In this document: positions 40,222 through 53,910 of the stretch, piece after piece
Numbering within the stretch: position 1 is the first letter of the stretch
Layout of the letters: every line of letters begins with the position of its first letter
NCBI GenBank assembly: GCA_964016885.1
Contig: OZ024758.1
Coordinates: 11,656,001 to 11,720,000 of the forward strand
Direction: 5' to 3'
Length of the DNA stretch: 64,000 nucleotides
Origin: Eledone cirrhosa
Taxonomy: Eukaryota
The notes under the pieces: generated by a model
Database searches by the model: none
The model's input: only the letters and a program-made list of their open reading frames with translations
Told to the model about the DNA's origin: nothing
Translations under genes and position numbers: made by a program

Positions 40222-41732
40222 TTCATACACAATAACCTACACACACACACACAGACATACACACACAGCTATCTGTCACATTATTCTAGTGAGATTTCTC
40301 TACATGTTATACATTGTTAACTATAGAAAATATTGAACACCTAAACACTTATGATATGGCGCCACTTTCCCCTCTTTTTTCTTTCTCACTCTCTTTCTCT
40401 TTTTTTTCTGTCTCATTCTCTTTTTCTTTTTCTCTCTTTATTCGTTTTCATTTTTTTCTTTTTCGCTCTATTTTTCTTCTCATTCTCTTTTTCGTTCGCA
40501 CTTTCTTTTTCCTTTTCAATCTTTTTTTTTTTTTCACTTTGTTTTACTCTCTCCCTCTCTCTTTCTTTACCCTTCTCTTTCTTATTTCATCTTCCTTCTC
40601 TTTCCTTCCACCAACCTCTTTCTCCCCATCTAATTCTCTTATTATTCGTTTTTCTCAATCCTTTCATCTTTCCATCTCGTATTGTTTAAGTTGTTTAATA
40701 TTTGTTTTACTTCTTATTTAGAATTGTTTTCTTTTTCTTCTGTCTCTCTTCTCAAGATTATTTTGTCAACAATGCTGCTCTTATTGTCATTTAACACTAG
40801 GTCAATCTGGAATAAGCAGAAATATCAAAATCATTGTAGTCATGGTTGTTAGCTTTGTTTACCTGTTTCTCTCTATATATATTAGGTCGACAAATTGGCT
40901 GAGTCATTGGAACGTCGGATAAAATGCTTTGAAATATGTTTCGACTTTCTGCTCTCTGATTTAAAATCCCACCGAGGTAAAAGAAAAGTACCAGTCAAGT
41001 ACTAGGGTCGAATAGCTCTTTCTCATTTCCATTCGTTCACTCTCTAGCAGAAGTCTGCTAGAAGAATTGAACTTTACCAGCTTTAATAATGTTGTAGAAA
41101 TGTCAGATGTTAACACGATGCTTCTACGGTTCCATCAAAACTAATATCTTATATGGCATCATATTATGTATTTCCTGCGATTTTGTTACTCTTTACAGCG
41201 GTCAAGCCATGACCATCCAGTGAATTATTTTCCAAGATAATGTGACCTGGCTGTATTATCCAATGTGTCGATTTTCAAGAGAGTATTGTGTGAAATAAAG
41301 AAATTTGGCTGCTATTTCTAATATATCGAGTAACCACGTAAATCTCCCTCGTATTTCACAAACGTATCCGATTCTATTGTTTTGCTGTTTAACCCTAGGC
41401 CATAGTTAACTGACCAGACCTATGGACAATGGCCTTTTTATCTCGTATTTCTGCATATTTTGGATTAGTTAATATATCCTTCTTTTAGACATTTTAAAAC
41501 ATCAGAAGGATATTCGAGGGAATTTGGTTACTATTTCTATCTATAGACCTGACCATGTAGATGCTCCATCTTTGGCACGTTAGTAGTGACATACAGAAGA
41601 GACATGTTTTATTATTTATTTTTTTCACAAATTTTCCATTGCGTTTAATGATTTCTGACAGTCATTTGTGTTTATTCTGAGATTGTTGTAGATAAATATT
41701 ACGTCTTGAATTCCTGGCGTTATATGGTTTAT

Positions 41733-41918
41733 AGGGCGGTGGATTGGCAGTATCGGTAGAGGGTCGGACGCCATGCTTTCCAGCATAGTTACGTCCCTTT
41801 ACGATCTGAGTTCAAATCCCGCCGAGGTTGACTTTGCCTTTCATCCTTACGGGGTCGATAAAATAAAGTACCAGTAATGCACTGGATAATTGCTGGCCTT
41901 GTGCCTAAAGTAGAAACA
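41733..41918 (+). mobile_element. Full-length tRNA-derived SINE
   Basis: A and B boxes; TSD-like GTTATATGGTTT. Confidence 0.85.
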
Positions 41919-42181
41919 GTTATATGGTTTGGTTTATAGTAAATATGCGAATATAATATAACAAAATGGTGAGATATCAAATAAGACAGCATATCCATAT
42001 ATATATGTTGGTGATGATTAAGTTTTAATGTTACATCGTATAGAGATAGAGTGACAAATACAGACAGGGAAATAGATATTTAAGTAAGTATATATATGGA
42101 AAAATAAATGAGTAGGTGTATATATAGATGGTTAGATGAATCGGAAGATATAGAGATCGATAGACAGATGCATAGATTGAG

Positions 42182-42236
<55 letters not shown>

Positions 42237-42281
42237 CGTAAACGGAAACAACAACACAATCGGTACAGTATATGGAAGGAA

Positions 42282-42314
<33 letters not shown>

Positions 42315-42459
42315 AGAAGATAGGTGATATATGTAATGAGGGAGAGGGAGTGTGAAAGAGATTAGTAGATAGGTGAATATGACATAAAGATTATTACAGG
42401 TTAAAATAATGTGAATAGGTGAAAATAGAATAAAATAATAAAAATATATTGTATACATA

Positions 42460-42513
<54 letters not shown>

Positions 42514-42657
42514 TAAGTTATTCCCGGTTGAATTGGAGGTAACCACAGTAAGTAAGATATTCAATACATAGCAGAGCATAAAAGTTTTAATATAGAAGAG
42601 CTTCTGCAGGACTAGAACTGTTTCATTCGTGAGAAATCATCAGGAAGCTGGACAGCC

Positions 42658-42708
42658 AGCTTCCTGATGATTTCTCACGAATGAAACAGTTCTAGTCCTG
42701 TAGAAGCT
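42658..42708 (+). ncRNA. Type I hammerhead, family E, in fold-back 42512-42715
   Basis: AGCTTC-CTGATGA-tTTC tcac GAAt-GAA-ACAG ttctagtc CTGT-A^-GAAGCT; 6-bp stem I and GUA site. Confidence 0.8.
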
Positions 42709-42709
42709 C

Positions 42710-42751
<42 letters not shown>

Positions 42752-42831
42752 TATCCCTGATGTCTTCCAAAAGTAACGGTCGCATTTTGAAAGGGTATGT
42801 CAATATTTATTTATAAAACTGGTATATATTG

Positions 42832-42896
42832 TATTTTGTCTGATGAAAGCATACCATAATTTAACATGGTATCCTTGAAATATGTATAATAAAATA
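42832..42896 (+). ncRNA. Type I hammerhead, family A
   Basis: TATTTTGT-CTGATGA-AAGcATACCA...TGGTATcCTT-GAAA-TATGTATA^-ATAAAATA. Confidence 0.85.
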
Positions 42897-42935
42897 GATA
42901 TGGTTTTAAAAATATCGTTTCCATTTGTTAATATC

Positions 42936-42988
<53 letters not shown>

Positions 42989-43578
42989 TATAAACATATA
43001 TATGAAGGCGGCCGCCCAGACTAGAATCTGCTAATTTTGGGCCGCTTTATCGTCTTGGGCATCTCTCTCTGCTTTTCAGCCCCTTGGATTTTGTCTATTA
43101 TTATATTCCTTTGTTGGATAAAGTTCGGAATACCTGATGATGTCACCGGATTCATACTGAACCCGGTCATTGAAATGTTCATAATATAATAAATCTTTAA
43201 GGAATTATACATGTCCAGCCTCCTATCATTTTATAATATATGTACATATAGAAATATTAAAACAATGAAATTAAACACAAAACTTTTAATTCATAGTAAA
43301 ATTCATTATTTTACGATCGTTTCGGGGGGGGGGGATAGTTCCCTGCATGTTCATTCAATTATTGATCTATGTATAACATATTACAAAATATCATAGTAAG
43401 AAAAAAATACATACATCTTCACTACCCGCCGTCTTCAGACGTACATATATATATATATATAATTTTAATTTTAAAATGATGTTGCTGTTGTTATTATCTA
43501 TGGTTCTCAGGTTAGTCCTAATCAAGAATACCTATAATGGAACAGATACTAGTAGTGGTCACCTTAGTTCTTTGAAAA

Positions 43579-43742
43579 TAATTGTTTCTATTTTTGGCAC
43601 AAGGCCAGCAATTACCCCAGTGCATTACTGGTACTTTATTTTATCGACCTCGTAAGGATGAAAGGCAAAGTTACCCTCGGCGGGATTTGAACTCAGAATG
43701 GCAAGGGCCATAACTCTATTGATACTGCCAATCCACCACCCA
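43579..43742 (-). mobile_element. SINE copy with an internal deletion
   Basis: Family motifs. Confidence 0.8.
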
Positions 43743-44588
43743 TTCTATGAAAATAATGGACTTTATTGTCCAACACATTCTGTTCTCTTATTTATTGAAA
43801 GCAATAAACAATGCTTTGATAAAAATGTATTCATTGGTGCATATTGTTTACAGTTCATGTTGTTTAACTCCATATATTGCCAATGACAGAAAAACGTGTA
43901 CGTTGTATAACATTGTTATTTATTTAAGACAATAACTTGTGATTTGATGAATATATGACTGCAATTTAAAAGAATATATCAGTTTTGAGGCTCTCACAAT
44001 CGCTCCTTTATTTTGTCTTGTTAAAATTATTTGCCTTTGGTGATTTTATTTTTTGCAATACTGATGCTGGTGCTGTTTGTTTATGTATCAAACATCAAGC
44101 AATTCTTTGAATGAATTTCTTTGCAATTTCTTTACTGATCAAGTGACATAATAAAAACACACTCCTTAATGCTCTTTAAGTAAATCTAAAGTTGGTCATA
44201 ATTTACTGTTGATGTCGTTTGCTGCTGTTGTTCGTAATTATAAATAAAATATTTTTCAATATTATTTCAATTTTGATTCAATATTTTTTCAATATTGTTT
44301 CAATGTTATCACAGACCCAAAAGAAATATAAAACAAATATTGATATTGGTGCTATTACACTCGCCATTGTTATAATATTCTCCATTCAATGATTATCAAG
44401 CAGACGATTCCATATCTCGCAATCTAACGTTTGTTTTCTTCGTTTCTTTTTTGTACCTAGTTCTATTCTACCCAATCGGCAATTTATTATCATAAGATGA
44501 ACACTGATGTTCATCTTATCTGGTATTCCTAAGAGGTGATACGTTCTCTTAAGGATTGAATTGCTTTTTTCTATTAGAATTGTCATTT

Positions 44589-44623
<35 letters not shown>

Positions 44624-44703
44624 GATGTCTCTGCTGTAAATGTAGTGCCAAATGTTTCTACTGCTGTTGATATTGTGGAAATAAACGCGATGACGAGGTA
44701 AAT

Positions 44704-45900
44704 AACCACCACCACCACCACCATCATTAGCACCAACAACAATACCACCACTACCTCCACCATCACCACCACCACCATCATTAGCAGCACCACCACCAAC
44801 AATACCACCCCTACCACCACCATCACCACCACCACCATCATTAGCACCACCACCACCAACAATACCACCCCTACCACCACCATCACCACCACCACCATCA
44901 TTACCACCACCACCACCAACAATACCACCACTACCACCACCATCACCACCACCACCATCATTAGCAGCACCACCACCAACAATACAACCCCTACCACCAC
45001 CATCACCACCACCACCATCATTAGCCCCACCACCACCAACAATACCACCCCTACCACCACCATCACCACCACCACCATCATTAGCCCCACCACCAACAAC
45101 AATACCACCCCTACCACCACCATCACCACCACCACCATCATTAGCACCACCACCACCACCATCATTAGCACCACCACCACCAACAATACCACCCCTACCA
45201 CCACCATCACCACCACCACCACCATCATTAGCACCACCAACAATACCACCACTACCACCACCATCACCACCACCACCATCATTAGCACCACCACAACTAC
45301 CACCACCACCACCAACAATACCACCCCTACCACCACCATCACCACCACCACCATCATTAGCACCACCACCACAAACAATACCACCCCTACCACCACCATC
45401 ACCACCACCACCATCATTAGCACCACCACCACCAACAATACCACCCCTACCACCACCATCACCACCACCACCATCATTAGCCCCACCACCACCAACAATA
45501 CCATCCCTACCACCACCATCACCACCACCACCATCATTAGCACCACCACCACAAACAATACCACCCCTACCACCACCATCACCACCACCACCATCATTAG
45601 CACCACCACCACCAACAATACCACCACTACCACCACCATCACCACCACCACCATCATTAGCACCACCAACAATACCACCACTACCACCACCATCACCACC
45701 ACCACCAGCATCATTAGCACCACCAACAATACCACCACTACCACCACCATCACCACCACCACCATCATTAGCACCACCACAACTACCACCACAACTACGA
45801 CGACCACTACCAGCACCGGCACCGCTACGCCGACAACGACCATTACCACTACAAACAATACCCCACTACCACCGCCACCACAACCACCACCACCAGCACA
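44704..45900. repeat. (CAC)n-derived 60-bp higher-order repeat
   Basis: Unit CATCACCACCACCACCATCATTAGCACCACCACCACCAACAATACCACCCCTACCACCAC. Confidence 0.9.
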
Positions 45901-46187
45901 CACACATATATATGTATATATATATACATATGTATGTATACACATATATATATATATATAAATATATATATATATAAATATATATATATGTATACACACA
46001 CATATATATAAATAAATATGTATACATATATAAATAAATATATATGTATACATATATATATATTCACATATGTATATCTATGTTTATATATATATATATA
46101 TATATATACCATATGTATATATATTTTTTGATACATATATATATATATATTATATGTATATATAGCTAAATGACTGTAGAATTGATC

Positions 46188-46215
<28 letters not shown>

Positions 46216-46218
<3 letters not shown>

Positions 46219-46417
46219 TGTTATACTTTGGGAGGGTCATGTTGCCAATAAGAAACACACGCACCAGTTTCTTTCACTTCAATTTATTATAATAAATTGA
46301 AGTGAAACATCTGGTACGTGTGTTTCTTATTGGCAACATGACCCTCCCAAAGTATAACAATATCGGTTTCAACACACGATTTCAGATAAAGAATCTTGCT
46401 AAAAAAATTCAGAAACG

Positions 46418-46421
<4 letters not shown>
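46216..46421. mobile_element. Fold-back element, family H (other pieces at 11503-11580 and 29966-30045)
   Basis: Approximately 70-bp near-perfect palindrome ending GGCAACATGACCCTCCCAAAGTATAACAATA, in (TA)n. Confidence 0.65.
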
Positions 46422-46465
<44 letters not shown>

Positions 46466-46466
46466 T

Positions 46467-47833
46467 GCAGAGGTTATATTTAATTTGTTGGGATTCAACA
46501 AGCTTAAAAATGTGAGGAACAATTTATTCAGTTCTTGCAAACATCGTTTAAATTCAACTTTTAAATATATATATAAAATGTAATATACGACTTATCTCTT
46601 TTACATAATGTCTCCTATATCCATATATGATTCATATACTTAATTTATTTTCTATTATCTCTACTTCACATATATATTATTACACCTATCGATAGATTAT
46701 AAAACTCCTTTAAGGTAAATTTTTTCTTGAAAATCTTACGGAAGGGTTTAAGAAAATCTTTTGAAAATTCCTTTGAATGATATAGAAAAACTATATTTTT
46801 ATATTCTTATATTTTCAAACGTTTTTAATATATATATCCAAATGTTTATATATATGTGGAGTAACCTATGGTCTATGGTTTAAATATATTCTTAAGAAAA
46901 AATTTTAAAATGTTTTAACTTTATAGGAAGTAAATTTATGACTTCGTATAAAATAACATAAGGTTCATGTTCTAATTATATTCTTAAGATAGAAAATTTA
47001 ACTTCCTAACTTTATAGCATTTAATCCTTAAAAAAGAATCACTTATAACTTCCTTTATGCTCCCTTACTGTTTTTGTAAACTCTCGAAAATGTTCCATAA
47101 ATTTAGAATTATTTGGATGTTTTAAATTTTTGACTTACAACTTTTAATAAAATAAACTATACTAGATTTGGTCTAATGTAAAATAATATATATATTTTTT
47201 AATCATTTATAATCCTTAACATACACATTCAAACTAATTATTAATTTATTAAATTAAATCTTTAATCTAATTTTTCAACTTATCATTATAAATATTATAA
47301 TCAAAACATAACGAATCCTGCAATTATAAATATTATTCCTCCACGCTATTCTTTTCTTTACTTCTCCTCTCACGTAAATATACTTACTCTCTATTTGTCC
47401 TTTAAAACTAATATCTTCTCTCACTTAAAAATATATTTACGATCTTCTCTTCACAATATTTTCACTGTCAAACAATATATGTAATCGCTCCTTCTTTTTT
47501 TTCTTTCTTTCTTTTTTTCTCTCTCCATCACATATCACCTTCTTACAACAGTTTAATTTAAATAAACCGTTATCTTTTCAATCTTTCGGACACTCATGTG
47601 CATACTCAATCATAATTTTCTATCACCCTCAATAATGTAATATCTCCACTATCTAGGAAGCTCCAACCGTTAAGGTTGTATTTTTTTAGGGTATGTCAAT
47701 ATTTATTTATAAAACAAATCTGTATTGTATTTTATCTTATGAAAGTGCACCATAATTTGCTTTGGTGGCCTTTGAACTATGTATAAAAAAATATATATGG
47801 TTTTATAAATATAGCTTCCATTTGTTAATATAT
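46467..47833 (+). mobile_element. 5'-truncated Penelope-like element, family A
   Basis: 35-bp inverted pLTR tip, ORF end NVRNNLFSSCKHRLNSTFKYIYKM* (46509-46583), about 1.1 kb AT-rich 3' region, decayed family-A HHR at about 47729-47792. Confidence 0.65.
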
Positions 47834-47845
47834 TGTATATATATA

Positions 47846-47900
<55 letters not shown>

Positions 47901-47901
47901 T

Positions 47902-48017
47902 ATATGAAAGACGTAAAATAAGAAAATCTGAAAAATTAAAAATTAACTTACTAAAATTTTCAATTTTAGTAAGTTAATTTTTAATTTTTAAGATTCTTAT
48001 TTTACGTCTTTCATATA
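47902..48017. repeat. Approximately 55-bp-arm palindrome beside (TA)n
   Basis: ATATGAAAGACGTAAAATAAGAA...TTCTTATTTTACGTCTTTCATAT. Confidence 0.8.
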
Positions 48018-48122
48018 ATTGTTCTGCATCCCCCTGCATAGAACCACAAAGGTACTAAGACATAACATATATATTTGCTAGCATGGGTGTACATCTGTAC
48101 ACATATGTTGGTAGATATACTA

Positions 48123-48230
<108 letters not shown>

Positions 48231-48827
48231 TATACATATATATATGAGTGAGTGTGTGTGATTGTATGTATATACTGCCTTACAGATTTTATAGATTATA
48301 TGTTTAAAATTATATTTTTTCTTTTTAATTTTTGTCTATATTGAGAACATTCCTGTAGCCTCAGCCTCGCTCCATCACAGTAACTCCTTTATATTTGTCT
48401 TTTTGTTCGCTTCATATTAATTCTTTAGTTGGTTGATTCATTCATAGATCAAGTCTACAGTCATTTATCTATTTATTGGCTTTTCTTGTCAGATATTTTC
48501 ATCATGTATATTCTTTATACATACATACAAATATACATACATACAAACAAACATACATACATACAAACAAACATACATGCATACAAACCTACACACTTAC
48601 ATACATACACACACATATATGTATATATATATATGTGTGTGTGTGTGTAGAGTGTGCGTGGACATACACATATATATTCAATTATATTTTATAATATCTA
48701 TACCAAGTATTATGTAATTGAAAATGTTTGTCTGTCTATGTGTGTACATATATAGGTATGTATATATATATATATATATGTACGCATATGTGCACACACA
48801 CATGTATATGTACACACACAAACACGC

Positions 48828-48879
<52 letters not shown>

Positions 48880-49116
48880 CAAAAGCAGCGAGAAATATGT
48901 AAAAGACTAAGTGTAATTTTGGAAAATTGATATTTTAGCTAAACTAATAAATGCCATGATATTAAATCATATGCGTAACAAACCCATCAAAACACGCACC
49001 CATACATATCACTGTATATATATATATGTACGTATGATTGTATGAATGCATGTATCTATATCACTGCACACCACACTATACACACGCCCACACTCATATA
49101 TATATAAAATCCACAT

Positions 49117-49157
<41 letters not shown>

Positions 49158-49838
49158 GGCGGTGAGTTTTATTGTAGTACAATAAAGCAATGCGCATAAT
49201 AAAATACATGGAACTCTTTTAACCATCTTTTGATCTTATATATTATATATGTATGTATATGTGGATTTTATATAATGGTATTGATTTTGGGCTGTTGATA
49301 CATAAATATATACATTTCACTAGACGTTTTCTGACATGGTGTCAAGGAAACTGAATAGAATTATATCATTCGCAATCATATTTAGATGGATTATATAAAC
49401 AAAATTATTTACAACGTCAATTTAATTATTACGTTCAACAGGTAAGCTGTACATTTTATCGCCATTTTCAATATGTGGCTTGACTTTACTTTCATTGCAG
49501 TTTTCAATTTCAATGGCGGCTCTCTAATTATTTTAATACACGGCTTTATCTATAATTACTGTCGATTTTCATTTAACAATTCTTGGTTTGCACTGTATGT
49601 CGATTTTGCTGGAGATTTACTTGCTTTATAATTGTTGTCTTGTTATTTTGTTTTTGTCGCGTTTTAATAATGTCATTGTCGTATGTGGTGGCAGTTATTT
49701 GGTGTTGGTTGACTCAGTGAGAAAACTTTGTTTTGCTATAATTCTTTGTCTGTTTAACGATGTGGTATTCATGGATAATAATCTCGTGTTTCATTGCGCT
49801 TAGTTTTGCATATATTTATATATATATATATGTATATG

Positions 49839-49869
<31 letters not shown>

Positions 49870-49900
49870 ACACACATATATATGTATGTATATGTATATA

Positions 49901-49955
<55 letters not shown>

Positions 49956-50091
49956 CCAAGGAGTGTAACGTGGAGTTACTGTGAGCACTCGATGTTTAGG
50001 TTCACATTTGTGTCGAGGTGTAGAGCTAGACAGGGTGTATTATAATAAAATAAAACAAGGACGAGTATATATATATTCTTAAATATATATA

Positions 50092-50139
<48 letters not shown>

Positions 50140-51718
50140 GTTGTACATTGTTGATTGCCATTGGAAGTTTAGCGTGTCGTGCGGTGAGGAACTCTATTTA
50201 AATGGAGACTACCGTTTGCTAGACATAAGTTGTGTTGAACGATAGCATCGAATCTATCCCTTTCATCTAAACATGAAAGGAGGTGCCATGAGGAAGATTT
50301 AGCTATTACATCTAGCAAGTCAAATGACCTCGTAGTGGGTCATTTATCGTCTCATTATGTGCTTTATTATTAATCTAATTGCTTTGTAAACCGAGCATAA
50401 GCGATATTATAATAGCTATACGTAATTATTTATATATTTGTGATAATATTTTTCTAGTGTATTTATTGAATCAGCCATATCGATTACAAATCAGAAATAT
50501 TTTCAATTTGAATTTTCTTGACGTATCGAAATGGTGATTTATATATAATTCTGAAGAAAGACTCGTCGACAGAATACTGTGAAATTCATATTAGGTTAGC
50601 CATCAAAGTTTCTATTTGATGAACTGAAATCACTTCAATGTGGCAGGTCTAACAGTAATGCGTACAAATGAAAACCACTATTGAATATTAGTGAATATCA
50701 AGTAAACATAACCAGAAACTACTTGCATGTTAACCAGGATATAGGTTATAGGTTTTCTACTGTCTTTCACTATCTAGCTGTCTATTTCTTTACTTTTCTG
50801 ATCTTCTAGTAGATTTTTATGTTTGCTTTAGATTTGTATATGTTTATTAGTGTGTATATGTATGTGTATCGGGTTGTAAGTATGTGTGTGTGTGTATGCT
50901 TGTGTGTATAAATGAGTATTTCGTGTGTGTATATAAGACTGTATTTAATGTGTGTATGAAAGCGTTTCTTGTGTGTATAGCAGAGTGTTTCGTGTGACTC
51001 TATAAGAGTCTGTTTTGTGTGTGTGTATATATAAGAGTGTGTTTCGTGTGTGTATAACAGATTGTTTCGTGTGACTATATAAGAGTCTGTTTTCTGTGTG
51101 TGTATATATAAGAGTGTGTTTCGTGTGTGTATAAGAGAAAGTTCATATGTGTATAATAGAGCGTTTCTTCTGTGTATATAAGCCCGTTTCATGTGCGTGT
51201 GTCTTAGAGTGTTTCTTCTGTGTATGAAAGAGTGTGTTTCGTGTAAATGTATTTGTACATGAATGAATTGATTTGTGAATTGATGTGTACACAGAGAAAG
51301 AAAGATGTAAATTATCCTTCCTAAATATTTGCTTTATTGTAATATTATATAAAGTGTTTATAATGACTCCTGAAACGTTAGATAGCTAACAACACTCAAC
51401 TTGGCATGTCTTATGTACTTACGTAGCATGAACATATGTATAATGTAATAAAGAAAAGGAAAAGAAAAAACTTCATGGAATAAAGATAAACAGTAATTCG
51501 CTGCATGAGGCGAGTTTTCTAGAATAAAAGAAGCGCAGGTTATTTAAAAAAAGAAACGAGAATAAAGTAATATAATTTTCAGTGAAAAAGAATAGAACCA
51601 AAAGGCAAACACATGCACACATGTACATAATAACAGACACACACATATATACATATATACATATATACATATATACATAGTGACAATGGCACACATGCAT
51701 ACATATATATAGTAACAG

Positions 51719-51769
<51 letters not shown>

Positions 51770-52062
51770 TAGTAACAATGACACATGCACACATATACAT
51801 AGTAGCATACACACACACATATATACATAGTGCTCAATGACACACATGCACACATATACATAGTAACAAATACACACAACATATATATATATATACATAG
51901 TGACAATGAAAAACACACACACATATACATAGTAACACTGACGCCCCCCCCCCCACACACACACTCATACTAAAGCAACCACCACATCATTGACGCTACT
52001 CTGTTAAACGGTTAACCACTATAGCACTCTTTTTTCTTGAAGACAGCATTATTATAATAATT

Positions 52063-52778
52063 GTATCGGTAGAGGGCTGGACGCCATGCTTTGCAGCAAA
52101 GAGTTACGGCCCTTTACGGTCTGAGTTCAAATCCCGCCGAGGTTAACTTTGCCTTTCATCCTTACGGGGTCGATAAAATAAAGTACCAGTAATGCACTGG
52201 GTAATTGCTGGCCTTGTGCCAAAAGTAGAAACAATTATTATTTGGCAGTATTGGTAGAGGCTCAGACATGCTTTCCAGCGTAGTTACGTCCCTTTACGAT
52301 CTGAGTTCAAATCCCGCCGAGGTTAACTTTGCCTTTCATCCTTACGGGGTCGATAAAATAAAGTACCAGTAATGCACTGGGTAATTGCTGGCCTTGTGCC
52401 AAAAGTAGAAACAATTATTATTTGGCAGTATTGGTAGAGGCTCAGACATGCTTTCCAGCGTAGTTACGTCCCTTTACGATCTGAGTTCAAATCCCGCCGA
52501 GGTTAACTTTGCCTTTCATCCTTACGGGGTCGATAAAATAAAGTATCAGTAATGCACTGGGTAATTGCTGGCCTTGTGCCAAAAGTAGAAACAATTATTA
52601 TTTGGCAGTATTGGTAGAGGCTCAGACATGCTTTCCAGCGTAGTTACGTCCCTTTACGATCTGAGTTCAAATCCCGCCGAGGTTAACTTTGCCTTTCATC
52701 CTTACAGGGTCGATAAAATAAAGTACCAGTGGTACACTGGAATAATTGCTGGCCTTGTGCCAAAAGTAGAAACAATTA
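52063..52778 (+). mobile_element. Tandem array of four SINE copies, 180-bp period
   Basis: GGTTAACTTT at 52141, 52321, 52501 and 52681. Confidence 0.9.
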
Positions 52779-53186
52779 TTATAATAATTGTATGTTAATA
52801 GATAAAGAAGTCTTCTTTACAACTCTGCATATATCACCATATACCAGAATTGCTTCCACAGCTGTTTATTTTGGAGGACTAGCTGCAAACAAAATATTAC
52901 AGATATTTTCTTCAGGAAGGAAAATGATAGAGAGAGAGTCAGAGAGAGAGAGAGGGGGAGAGAGATAGAGAGAGAAGGAGAGAGAGAGAGAGAGAGAGAG
53001 AAGGACGGAGAAGGAGAGAGATAAAAGCAGAGAGAAGAATCGATTCGATTATTTCACTAGTTCTATAGTTATTGATCCCCAAAAGATGATTTTAGTAACA
53101 TGTGAATTCAAAGCGCAGAGATCCGGAACGAACATGGCAGGGCATTTGATTAGACACTCAAACGAATCTCTCTCTTTATACATATG

Positions 53187-53228
<42 letters not shown>

Positions 53229-53378
53229 TGGACAGAGATAAAATGAGAGAGAGTGAGAGTAAAAGCAACTCATGCATGGTACATACATGCAACAACACAA
53301 TAGATATAATGTTGATTCTGTTGTTTGCAATTACTTTTCTATATAAATTCGTTCCAGTTCATTTACTGAGATTATAAT

Positions 53379-53910
53379 CAGGAATAAGAACTATCCATAG
53401 CTACCACGACCCTTTCAGGAATAAGTGGGCGAAGAACTATCCATAGCTACCACGACCCTCTCAGGAATAAGTAGACGAAAAAGAATTATCCATAGCTATC
53501 AGGACCCTCTCAGGAATAAGTGGACGAAGAAGGACTATTCATTGCTACCACGACCCTCTCAGGGATAAGTGGACGAAGAAAAATTATCCATAGCTACCAC
53601 GACCCTCTCAGGAATAAGTGGACGAACAAGGACTATCCATAGCTACTACGACCCTCTCAGGAATAAATGGACGAAGAAGAACTATCCATAGCTACCACGA
53701 CCCTCTCAGGAATAAGTGGACGAAGAAGGAATATCCATAGCTACGACGAGCCTCTCAGGGATAAGTGGACGAAGAAGGACTATCCATAGCTACTACGACC
53801 CCCACAGGAATAAATGGACGAAGAAGAACTATCCATAGCTACCACGACCCTCTCAGAAATAAGTGGACGATGAAGAACTGTCCATAGCTACCGCGACCCT
53901 CCCAGGAATA
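53379..53910. repeat. 49-bp minisatellite, about 10-11 copies
   Basis: AGAACTATCCATAGCTACCACGACCCTCTCAGGAATAAGTGGACGAAGA. Confidence 0.9.

Noticed and set aside
41733-41830. tRNA gene (A and B boxes)
   Set aside because: It continues into a multi-copy SINE body with TSDs, and no cloverleaf is evident
44386-46053. 555-aa Val/Met-rich ORF
   Set aside because: Antisense reading of the (CAC)n repeat plus TA tracts
53379-53910. CRISPR-like array
   Set aside because: Contiguous tandem units with no spacers
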